DNA of 64,000 nucleotides from Candidatus Hydrogenedentota bacterium (GTDB lineage Bacteria; Hydrogenedentota; Hydrogenedentia; Hydrogenedentales; SLHB01): NCBI GenBank assembly GCA_045863295.1, contig BTWA01000003.1, positions 32,001 to 96,000 of the forward strand, read 5' to 3'. Shown piece by piece: positions 30,785 to 38,639 of this stretch (position 1 is its first letter; each line of letters starts with the position of its first letter). The notes under the pieces were generated by a model. It saw only the letters and a program-made list of their open reading frames with translations, ran no database searches and was not told where the DNA came from. The position numbers and the translations under genes were made by a program.

Positions 30785-31873
30785 GTGGAACAACGGGTCT
30801 TTAATTTCTCGGCAGGCCCCGGCGGATTGCCACTAGCCGCCCTGGAAGAAGCGCAACGCAACTTGCTCGTACTGCCCGGCGCAGGCGCGTCTGTCATGGA
30901 AATCAGCCACCGTGGCAAGGAGTACATGGCTGTCCATGCCCAAGCTATCGCAAACATTAAGTCTCTTTTGAATGTGCCTGACAATTACAAGATTTTGTTC
31001 ATGCAAGGCGGCGCTACGCTTCAGTTCGCCGCCATCGCCATGAATTTCCTGAAGGGCGGCTCCGCGGACTACATTCATACCGGCGCATGGGCCAAGAAGG
31101 CCATCGGCGAAGGAAAAAAGTTTGGCGTCGCCAGCGTCGTTTGGGACAACAAACCCGACAACTACAACCGCTGCCCGAAACAAGACGAACTCAAACTCGA
31201 TGCCAATGCGGCCTACCTGCACTTCACCTCGAACGAAACCATTGGCGGGGTCGAGTTCCAGACTGAGCCGGATTCCGGAGCGGTACCGCTATTCTGCGAT
31301 GCCTCCTCCGATATCCTCTCCAAGCCGCTCGATATCGCTAAATACGGCCTACTCTATGCGGGAGCCCAGAAGAATATGGGGCCCGCGGGAGTTGCTCTCG
31401 TGATTATTCGGGAAGACCTGCTGGAAAAATGCCCGGACTCTATCCCCGATGTGCTCAACTACAAGTTGACGGCCGAAAACGACTCCATGCTGAACACGCC
31501 CCCCTGCTTCGCCATCTACATGGTCATGTTGACCACGAAGTGGTTGATCAATGACATTGGCGGACTCGACAAAATGCTCGAACTCAACCGAAAGAAGGCT
31601 AAGCTCATTTATGACGTCATTGATGGCAGCAATGGCTTCTACAAAGGACATGCCGTGCCGGAATACCGCTCGCTCATGAACGTTACGTTCACCCTGCCCG
31701 ACGAAGCCCTGGAAAAGGCCTTCATCGACGGAGCAACAAAGGCCGGTATGCACGGACTGAAGGGCCACCGCTCGGTGGGAGGATGTCGTGCGTCCATCTA
31801 TAATGCCATGCCACTCGCGGGCGCCGAGACCTTGGCAAGCTATATGAAGGACTATGCCCAGGCCAAGGGATAG
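30785..31873 (+). CDS. serC: Phosphoserine aminotransferase
   Basis: FNFSAGP, SVMEISHR, NETIGG, YAGAQKNMGPAG (PLP lysine), GHRSVGGCRASIYNA. AAGGAG SD. Confidence 0.97.
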   Translation: MEQRVFNFSAGPGGLPLAALEEAQRNLLVLPGAGASVMEISHRGKEYMAVHAQAIANIKSLLNVPDNYKILFMQGGATLQFAAIAMNFLKGGSADYIHTGAWAKKAIGEGKKFGVASVVWDNKPDNYNRCPKQDELKLDANAAYLHFTSNETIGGVEFQTEPDSGAVPLFCDASSDILSKPLDIAKYGLLYAGAQKNMGPAGVALVIIREDLLEKCPDSIPDVLNYKLTAENDSMLNTPPCFAIYMVMLTTKWLINDIGGLDKMLELNRKKAKLIYDVIDGSNGFYKGHAVPEYRSLMNVTFTLPDEALEKAFIDGATKAGMHGLKGHRSVGGCRASIYNAMPLAGAETLASYMKDYAQAKG

Positions 31874-31921
31874 GCGTGGCTCCGGCATTCCGACACGTGC
31901 AGACAAACCCGCATTCGATGA

Positions 31922-31954
31922 AAGGCCCCTGAAAACTCAGGGGCCTTCTTTTTT
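31922..31954 (+). terminator. Rho-independent terminator after serC
   Basis: aaggcccctga-aaac-tcaggggcctt followed by cttttttc. Confidence 0.85.
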
Positions 31955-32088
31955 CAGGAACAACGGCTTCCCGCGATAACAGTCTATATGGCTTCAAGTA
32001 GGCGGGTTCGCCAAAAGTACTGAAATGTGAACTCACGATCCTTCAACACCAAAACCTCGCCCACATGTCCGGCCATCGTCCGAATCGC

Positions 32089-32736
32089 CTACGTCGACTG
32101 TGAAGCGTCCCGCACAGCAAGGTGCATTTCCCTCATCAGCTCCCCCAAAGCGCCTGCGCCGGGATCGTCGCTCTGAGCCAACTGTTCCAATACGCGCGCC
32201 TGGTCTTCGGAAGAGCGGTTCTGGCCAAGTTTAAACTTGCCTTCAACTCGCGTAATGTCCATCGTGAAACCGACTATGGCTTTCATCAGCTTGTCTTTGA
32301 ATTCCCGAGGCAATTCACCGTCCCACGAATTGGTGAATCCGGATTCATACTGACGCACGGTCCTGTCAATGAGTGCCTCGAGCAATGTGGCGTCGTCAAT
32401 GACCTGCGGTTTGCCGTACATATGGACGACGGCATAGTTCCATGTGGGAACCGCCAGCGAAGCTGCATACCACCGAGGCGAGATGTACCCATGAGGACCA
32501 TGGAAGATGACCAACGACTCCTGTGCGCCTTCAAAAGCCTTCCAGTGCGGATTCGCACGCGCCATATGTCCATGTAGAATCCCATGAGCCCCATCCCGCG
32601 GCTCAAACAACACGGGAATATGCGTGGCGAAGGGCGCACCATCCACGATGCTGACCATTGTGGCAAAACTATGCTTGACAACAAACGCCTCAAGAACTCC
32701 AGACGCAGTCATTGCATACGACTGAGGAACGTACAT
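32089..32736 (-). CDS. paiB: FMN-binding split-barrel protein, PaiB family
   Basis: MYVP, ATHIP, GHMARANPHW, GPHGYISPRWY, VPTWNYAVVH, GKFKLGQNR. Confidence 0.85.
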   Translation of the reverse strand: MYVPQSYAMTASGVLEAFVVKHSFATMVSIVDGAPFATHIPVLFEPRDGAHGILHGHMARANPHWKAFEGAQESLVIFHGPHGYISPRWYAASLAVPTWNYAVVHMYGKPQVIDDATLLEALIDRTVRQYESGFTNSWDGELPREFKDKLMKAIVGFTMDITRVEGKFKLGQNRSSEDQARVLEQLAQSDDPGAGALGELMREMHLAVRDASQST

Positions 32737-33031
32737 CGTTGCATCGCCTTTCCATAATGATGCCATCGCAACTCGCGATCCCCGGCCGGGCACCTACAGT
32801 TAACGGAACCAACCAACTGTATTTTGTTTCACAAGTACGACGGAAGAAACGGCCTGACAGGAAACTGGGCTTAGTGCAGAGCGTCCCCAAGTCGTTGATG
32901 GATACGCTTTCAGCGCCTAAACGTGTATCCCATTATGAAAGGCGGGAGTTATGCACATCCAAGTAAACTGACATGGAAAAGTCGTCGAAACCACCGTGCA
33001 AAGTGGGTAGTCAAATGACATGAAGGACGGG

Positions 33032-33067
33032 AAAAAAAGAAAGCGGGAAGCACAGAGCGCTTCCCGC
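33032..33067 (-). terminator. Rho-independent terminator after microprotein 1
   Basis: Minus strand gcgggaagcgc-tct-gtgcttcccgc followed by tttctttttt, about 25 nt after the stop codon. Confidence 0.85.
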
Positions 33068-33091
33068 CACCATTAGCGAACGGATGAACCG

Positions 33092-33190
33092 TTAGAGAAC
33101 CTGATACAGGACGATGAGAGCCACCACCCACCAGATCCACCAGAACGGATTCAGGAACCACCACCAGAACGCTTTACGGGGAGTCGTCAT
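33092..33190 (-). CDS. Trp-rich hydrophobic microprotein 1 (32 aa) MTTPRKAFWWWFLNPFWWIWWVVALIVLYQVL
   Basis: Translated by hand. AAGGAGG SD 8 nt before ATG, own promoter and terminator, 7 Trp. Confidence 0.8.
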   Translation of the reverse strand: MTTPRKAFWWWFLNPFWWIWWVVALIVLYQVL

Positions 33191-33376
33191 TTCGGAAACC
33201 TCCTTCCTATTTTGGATTTTCCCAGCTACTCCTTTACCCCATCTCCCCCTAGGAGACAAGGCACAGGAGATGTTGCCTTGTGAACAGGTGAACTAACGCC
33301 ACCTCATTGAAACCCAGCCCATTGCCCCCAAACCACAGGATCAGGTATTTCAACCCTACCCTGTGTGGCAGGCCAG

Positions 33377-33405
33377 ACTATAGCACAAACCTCACGCGGA
33401 TACAA
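33377..33405 (-). promoter_or_regulatory. Sigma70-type promoter of microprotein 1
   Basis: TTGTAT-N17-TATAGT with extended -10 TG. Confidence 0.6.
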
Positions 33406-33543
33406 GAATTTTTTTGACCTCGCACCCCGCGCGAATCTGTGCTAACCACTACAATACCCTCGGATTACCGCAACGTTTCACGTTTGCCAAAGGTAGCGGA
33501 AACCGGCTTTCGATCGCCCACTTCCGCACGAACCGGTTCACCA

Positions 33544-33642
33544 TCAAACGATGGTGGACGCATTAACCCAGAAATTCCAACCTGCGCTCAAAAATGTGTA
33601 GATGAACACAGGCACCCACCAAAACAGCAGGAACAGCAACAT
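33544..33642 (-). CDS. Trp-rich hydrophobic microprotein 2 (32 aa) MLLFLLFWWVPVFIYTFLSAGWNFWVNASTIV
   Basis: Translated by hand. AAGGAGG SD 8 nt before ATG, WW at 8-9, no charged side chains. Confidence 0.78.
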   Translation of the reverse strand: MLLFLLFWWVPVFIYTFLSAGWNFWVNASTIV

Positions 33643-33795
33643 TGTCAAGTCCTCCTTTTGTCACAAGATGTCTAAGCCAAACCCCCATGAACCTCGGCCG
33701 TTGCTTGCGCAATTCGGAGTGGGAGAAATAATAGTGCAGTTACGCCTAGATTCTCCTTCCGCTTCCGAAAACGGACAAGGCATGTGTTTCGAATG

Positions 33796-33818
33796 CGCCG
33801 CAGCCGTCAGCCGCAGCG
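33796..33818 (-). other. RNA hairpin after microprotein 3 (no U-tract)
   Basis: Minus strand cgctgcggc-tgacg-gctgcggcg pairs fully with two G-U wobbles. Confidence 0.45.
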
Positions 33819-33840
33819 TGCCGTGAGGCCTGAAAACTTC

Positions 33841-33918
33841 TTAGAACGGGTAAAACGAAGCGTAAATCACGTTCCACAGAAGCCACAGCGGCCACCAGAG
33901 AATCAACCAAAACAACAT
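33841..33918 (-). CDS. Trp-rich hydrophobic microprotein 3 (25 aa) MLFWLILWWPLWLLWNVIYASFYPF
   Basis: Translated by hand. AAGGAGG SD 8 nt before ATG, WW at 8-9, 5 Trp. Confidence 0.8.
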   Translation of the reverse strand: MLFWLILWWPLWLLWNVIYASFYPF

Positions 33919-33981
33919 ACCTCGAACCTCCTTTCTTGTGTCATGTTTCTCACTTTCCGCTCTGTGCGGGTTTGTGCGGAG

Positions 33982-34010
33982 AGTATAGCATAGAGGATCA
34001 GAAGATACAA
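33982..34010 (-). promoter_or_regulatory. Sigma70-type promoter of microprotein 3
   Basis: TTGTAT-N17-TATACT with extended -10 TG. Confidence 0.65.
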
Positions 34011-34089
34011 CGGTTTATGCACCCTGACCCACCCACACTCCAAACAAACCCACGCGAAATTGAAACCAAGCCACGCTAGTGTGCGTCAA

Positions 34090-34121
34090 ACAGAAAAGGC
34101 GGACGTTCGCACGCCCGCCTT
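34090..34121 (-). terminator. Rho-independent terminator after microprotein 4
   Basis: Minus strand aaggcgggcgt-GCGA-acgtccgcctt then ttctgtttg. The G-U wobble and GNRA loop work only on the minus strand. Confidence 0.75.
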
Positions 34122-34151
34122 GTGCTTACAACACGGTAACGAACGGCTGGC

Positions 34152-34244
34152 TCACGGCACGATAAGATGAGACACGTCCAAGCCAGCACCGAAAATAAAC
34201 CACCAACCCAGCAGAAACCACCAGAAAATCCACAAAAGAATCAT
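34152..34244 (-). CDS. Trp-rich hydrophobic microprotein 4 (30 aa) MILLWIFWWFLLGWWFIFGAGLDVSHLIVP
   Basis: Translated by hand. AAGGAGG SD 9 nt before ATG, WW at 8-9 and 14-15. Confidence 0.8.
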   Translation of the reverse strand: MILLWIFWWFLLGWWFIFGAGLDVSHLIVP

Positions 34245-34304
34245 ATCGGCGAACCTCCTTTCGCATTCGGTCGTTTACGATGCCCCTAAGCATACGTGTT
34301 TCGC

Positions 34305-34333
34305 ACTCTAACATAGCGGATCTGGATTGTCAA
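34305..34333 (-). promoter_or_regulatory. Sigma70-type promoter of microprotein 4
   Basis: TTGACA-N17-TAGAGT with extended -10 TG. Confidence 0.65.
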
Positions 34334-34408
34334 GCCGAATCCGCCTAAACCAACTGCTTCAACGGGTTGCGTCAACTCACAACACCGCAAAAACCACTCA
34401 GGTCCCTG

Positions 34409-34981
34409 TCAATTAATCTCCACACCCACCTTCGCCAACGAACGGCGAAGATCGTCCGGTGTGAACGGCTTCGTCAATGCCTGGGAGGCACCGCTCTCAG
34501 TCGCACGGCTCGCAAGATCCGGCTCGCCAAGCCGTACCGTCGCTATAATCCGAACCGGCGATGCGTCCGCCAGTTCTTTGATACGGCGGCACAAATCCAG
34601 ACTGTCTACACCCGGAAGATGCATGTCCAAAAATATGACATCGGGCTTGAACGTGCAGACAAGTCGGCCCGCCTCGAAGGCATCCGGCGCAACCTCGATT
34701 TCAAAAGGATGTTGCGCACGCTCTAAAAAACGCTGCACCACCGCGCACACCGTCTTCTCAGGCTCGACCACCAAAATCCGAGTACCGTCACTGCTCAGCT
34801 CGCCGTGAATCGGAATGCTGTTTTCCCGCAAAAAACGGATCAGGTCCTCGCGGCGAATCCGCCGATGACCGCCCGGAGTCTTAAACACATGAATCCGGCC
34901 CGCCTCGGCCCACTTCCGTATCGTATCCGCCGTAACGTGACAATACTTCGCAACTTCAGACGTACTATATGAATCTTTCAT
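34409..34981 (-). CDS. Response regulator: excisionase/MerR-like HTH (HTH_17) plus receiver domain
   Basis: YSTSEVAKYCHV..TIRKW..GRI..KTPGGHRRI. REC domain with FLDMHLP and TKPF. Confidence 0.88.
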   Translation of the reverse strand: MKDSYSTSEVAKYCHVTADTIRKWAEAGRIHVFKTPGGHRRIRREDLIRFLRENSIPIHGELSSDGTRILVVEPEKTVCAVVQRFLERAQHPFEIEVAPDAFEAGRLVCTFKPDVIFLDMHLPGVDSLDLCRRIKELADASPVRIIATVRLGEPDLASRATESGASQALTKPFTPDDLRRSLAKVGVEIN

Positions 34982-35111
34982 TGCCCACCGTAAAAGCATC
35001 GAAATGCAAAATGCGAGCCGGGGTCAGCCCCACAAGCTGTGCGGACTCCCCCCACTCTTGCCCAAAAAGCGCAGGCCCTCCACGGCACGCCTGCGCCGGT
35101 ACGTGTGTGAG

Positions 35112-35187
35112 TGGAGCTGGATCGGGGAATCGAACCCCGGACCTCATCATTACGAGTGATGCGCTCTACCGACTGAGCTAATCCAGC
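35112..35187 (-). tRNA. tRNA-Thr (CGT)
   Basis: 76-nt cloverleaf gctggattagctcagtcggtagagcg...ctCGTaa...ggttcgattcc...ctcca with encoded CCA. Confidence 0.96.
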
Positions 35188-35194
35188 ATAAGAA

Positions 35195-35270
<76 letters not shown>

Positions 35271-35283
35271 ACGAACGGCACAG

Positions 35284-35313
35284 AAGATACTCAAATTATC
35301 CCGCCTAAGTCAA
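35284..35313 (-). promoter_or_regulatory. Candidate sigma70 promoter of the tRNA pair
   Basis: TTGACT-N18-TATCTT, 14 nt upstream of tRNA-Phe. Confidence 0.45.
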
Positions 35314-35379
35314 GCACACAACCCCACTCCGGGCAATCTCACACCTTCAGCAACCTTCGCCCTTCTCATGCCTAATCCC

Positions 35380-37308
35380 TTACTTGCCTTTGCGTTGGAA
35401 CAAGTTCTTCCGCTTCGGCTCTGACCCACCTGCACTGCCCCCGCCGGAGGGTGAACCGGATCCGGTTATGTTGGGATCGGTCCGTTCCCAACGCTTCTCC
35501 AACACGGACTCCCACTCGGTGGCGGGTTCTTCAGCCGGCTTGGCAGGTTCTTTCCCGCCCGCCTCGCTTGAGGCAGGAATCGGCTTGTCTTGCTTCGTGC
35601 CCGACGTCGTCGCAGGCTTTGGACTGGGCTTGACCGCAGCAACAGGCGGCGTCTCGGACTTCCCGTCCGGACGCTTGAGAGCCAGCGTATCCCCCACGGC
35701 CAACAAGCTCGGGTCTGAAATATCGTTCCAATAAGCAAGCGTGTCCGCATTCAATGCGTACTTCGCCGCAATTTTGGAAAGTGTCTCACCCGTCGCCACC
35801 TGGTGGGTATCGGGTAGTGAAGGACTCTCGGGTTCCATCACCGGGGGCGGTTCCTGTTCGGGAACCGCCGTTCCGTCAACCGGTGAGGCACCACTGTCTG
35901 GAGACGTGTCGACAGCCTCCGTGGGCAATTCGGGATCCGGCGCGGGTGTGTCCGCAACAACCGGCGTGTCAACCGCTGGCGCCGGCGTGTCCGGCACTGG
36001 CGCTGGTTGCGCGGGTTCCGGGGCCGGCTCCACCGGGGCACTTTGATCCGAGTGCTCCACCGGTATCGCTACCGTTTGATCGCCGGTGCTCGCCTGTACC
36101 CCGTCGGATGAAATCGTGACCTTTTGGTCGCCCGATGCCACAGACACTTCAGGGATGGAAGACTTGGCCAAAACGAACACGGAAACCGCTGTCCAAACGC
36201 CCCAGCCTGTCGCGGCAAAAACAACCAGCACAAAGGCAACCGCCAAGCCAACCATCATCGCACTGGGGCCGCTACGGGGCTTTGCTTGTTGCATACCCGC
36301 GTTCTGGGCAGACGGCAACGTAGCGCCGCCCAGCGGGCGCGGAATGGCTGTGTTCGGAGTCAGTACTGTTTGCGCAGCCACCAGGTTCGAACCCTGCATC
36401 GACACCAACGCGTCTCGAAACGCCCGTGCGGACTCAAACCGATCCTGAGGCAGTTTCGCGAGCGACTTGCTCAAAACCGAAGGCAACTGGGCAGGCATCA
36501 TCACCGTTCGCGGCGACGCAAACGGCGGCACCGGCGCGTTCAAATGGCCGTTCAATATCTCCGTCAAGGTCCCTGTATACGGCGGATACCCATTCAAACA
36601 CTGGTACAACACAATGCCCATCGCGTAAATGTCTGTCGATTGGCCCACCGCGCCATACGTCCGTGAATCGATTTGTTCCGGAGCCATGTACATGGGCGTC
36701 CCAGGGCTGACCGCGTTGGTGCTCGTGAGCTTGGTCATCGAGTCATCGCTCGTGTCATCCACACGCGCTATTCCAAAGTCCATCAGTTTGGCCTGCAAAT
36801 GCCCGTCTTGATGAGAAATGAGGATATTGGAAGGCTTGATGTCACGGTGAATGATGCCATTCGCATGTATCCGGCTAAGAGCATCTAGGCATTGGGTCAC
36901 AATCGCCTGAGCTTGATCCCACGTGAAGGGGGTGTCCCTGCTCATGTTGGCTTCGAGCATGGACTGGAGCGTTTCTCCGGTCACAAACTCCATCACCAAC
37001 TGGATGCGGCCATTCTCCTCCAACTTGTCATACAAAGTCACAATGTTGGGATGGGCGCCCACCTTGGCATGAAGCAGACATTCGCGCTCGATACGCTTCC
37101 GGATCTGCTCGTTCGTGCACAAATCCTGTCGAATCGTCTTCAGCGCCACCGGCCGGTTCAAGGTCTGGTCCTCAGCCAGAAACACCTCGCCCATGCCCCC
37201 GGCGCCCAGGGCTTTTACAATACGGTATCGCCCCGCCACCAACTGCGGCGCATCATGGGTGGCGATCGTCTGATCGGGTGCGGGCGTACTATTTGGATTG
37301 GCAGTCAT
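35380..37308 (-). CDS. Hanks-type Ser/Thr protein kinase with TM helix, Pro-rich linker and extracytoplasmic LysM domain
   Basis: LGAGGMGEV, VALK, IHRDIKPSN, DFGIAR, GTPMYMAPE. LysM motif HQVATGETLSKIAAKY...LLAVGDTL. Confidence 0.92.
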   Translation of the reverse strand: MTANPNSTPAPDQTIATHDAPQLVAGRYRIVKALGAGGMGEVFLAEDQTLNRPVALKTIRQDLCTNEQIRKRIERECLLHAKVGAHPNIVTLYDKLEENGRIQLVMEFVTGETLQSMLEANMSRDTPFTWDQAQAIVTQCLDALSRIHANGIIHRDIKPSNILISHQDGHLQAKLMDFGIARVDDTSDDSMTKLTSTNAVSPGTPMYMAPEQIDSRTYGAVGQSTDIYAMGIVLYQCLNGYPPYTGTLTEILNGHLNAPVPPFASPRTVMMPAQLPSVLSKSLAKLPQDRFESARAFRDALVSMQGSNLVAAQTVLTPNTAIPRPLGGATLPSAQNAGMQQAKPRSGPSAMMVGLAVAFVLVVFAATGWGVWTAVSVFVLAKSSIPEVSVASGDQKVTISSDGVQASTGDQTVAIPVEHSDQSAPVEPAPEPAQPAPVPDTPAPAVDTPVVADTPAPDPELPTEAVDTSPDSGASPVDGTAVPEQEPPPVMEPESPSLPDTHQVATGETLSKIAAKYALNADTLAYWNDISDPSLLAVGDTLALKRPDGKSETPPVAAVKPSPKPATTSGTKQDKPIPASSEAGGKEPAKPAEEPATEWESVLEKRWERTDPNITGSGSPSGGGSAGGSEPKRKNLFQRKGK

Positions 37309-37581
37309 AAGGCAGTTCAATTCCCATTCGGCAGCCTACCGTCAATAGTATACCGCCAACCGGGCCCTTTTGTAACCAGTCTCGAATTGGCGCCACGGCC
37401 GTACAATTGTCGTTCCCGATTCCTAGTATGCTGATATGCCCGAAATCAACATCGCATACAGAATGAGTCTGTCGCCAATGAAACCTGGCTTGAAGTCCAT
37501 ACCGCCCTGTGCTAATTTCGCGCATTCCCGGCCTGGACCTGGATTTGTTTACCCGGGCCCAAACAGGTAAGAAGTGCGAAC

Positions 37582-38523
37582 ATGCTGGAACACCTTCAGA
37601 CCCTTCCGATGACGCTGCAGAACCCGTCCATGTTTCACGCGGCCATCGTTCACTTTCCCATTGCCTTGTCGGTATTGCTGGTGCCGCTGGTCTACGCCAC
37701 TTTGGCGGTCGAATCTAAAGCGCTGCGCGGCGCGGCGGTGGCGGGGTTCGCCATCCTGACGGCGACAGCGCTCCTGTCCATGCGCACAGGCGATTTCGCG
37801 CGCGACAAACTCTCCAACACGTTGCCCAAGGACATCTGGGACCATATCAACCTACACGCATCCATGGGCGAAAAGCTGTGGATGTTTGGATTGGCAGGCA
37901 CAATCCTGATGAGCCTTACCTTGGTCGAATCGAAGTCTATTCGCAAGACCATGCAATGGCTTTCCCTCGGGATGAGCCTCGCCATTGCAGGATGGACCGG
38001 GCTCCTTGGCCATCTCGGCGGAACGCTTCTGTACGACCACGGCGTAGGCGCGCCGGGGACCCCGGTCAGCCATTTGGCCCCAACCCCAGCGGATAGTGCC
38101 GATCCAGCGGATACCGCGCCTGCCGAGGCTCCCGCTCCCATGGCCGCTTGGGATGCGCCCGTGGATGACGGTTTTACCCCCAAGCGGCTACCGTTTACCC
38201 TGGCCGAGGCCGAATCAGTAAAGTACGAAAAGGACGTAGTGCCCTTGCTCGAATTCTATTGCTACGAATGCCACCGGGCGCGCCGCAAAGAGGGCGAACT
38301 CGACATGACCACGATCGAATCCATGCTTAAGGGCGGGAAAAAGTCCGGGCCTTCCATCATCCCAGGCGATCCGGACGCCAGCCCCCTCATCCGGTACATT
38401 CGAGGCGAATTGCAGCCTCAAATGCCGGAAGACGAAGAACCGCTGGCCGACGATGAGTTGCATCTCTTGCGGCAATGGATCGCCGCGGGCGCCCGTACGG
38501 ACGGTGAAACCTCTGCGCAATAG
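37582..38523 (+). CDS. DUF2231-like membrane domain fused to planctomycete-type cytochrome c domain
   Basis: HAAIVHFPIAL and GHLGGTLLYDHG. KDVVPLLEFYCYECH haem motif, IIPGDPDAS..QMP, QWIAAGA. Confidence 0.8.
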   Translation: MLEHLQTLPMTLQNPSMFHAAIVHFPIALSVLLVPLVYATLAVESKALRGAAVAGFAILTATALLSMRTGDFARDKLSNTLPKDIWDHINLHASMGEKLWMFGLAGTILMSLTLVESKSIRKTMQWLSLGMSLAIAGWTGLLGHLGGTLLYDHGVGAPGTPVSHLAPTPADSADPADTAPAEAPAPMAAWDAPVDDGFTPKRLPFTLAEAESVKYEKDVVPLLEFYCYECHRARRKEGELDMTTIESMLKGGKKSGPSIIPGDPDASPLIRYIRGELQPQMPEDEEPLADDELHLLRQWIAAGARTDGETSAQ

Positions 38524-38639
38524 CGCGCGCCACAATCGCACTTTAAGCAACCCTCGAGATGCGTTTCTGTGGTAGACTACACTCAGCGGACAATGCCCCC
38601 TCCGCCATAAACCCACTTCCCCTCAACGGACTTCGCAGA

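Noticed and set aside
33249..33353. Possible fifth peptide (TTG start, LKYLILWFGGNGLGFNEVALVHLFTRQHLLCLVS) in the leader of microprotein 1
   Set aside because: No AAGGAGG SD, TTG start, a single Trp and no WW motif. At most a uORF or decayed copy.
34016..34075. Short hydrophobic GTG-start frame (VAWFQFRVGLFGVWVGQGA) after the gene 4 terminator
   Set aside because: No SD, it lies just beyond a terminator, and it is explained by the G/T-rich composition.
32949..34314. ORF-track calls in the gap (e.g. 33114-33296+, 33439-33675+, 33784-33993+, 34126-34314-)
   Set aside because: They are antisense or off-frame shadows of the microprotein genes (H/Q/P/N-rich from reversed Trp/Phe codons) and lack SD sequences.
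33032..34333. Trp attenuator leader peptides
   Set aside because: No trp biosynthesis or transport genes follow. There are four copies, each forming a full TM-length hydrophobic helix, and no antiterminator overlap was evident. Only peptide 1 has a downstream gene (paiB, ~350 bp away), so attenuation is not fully excluded there.
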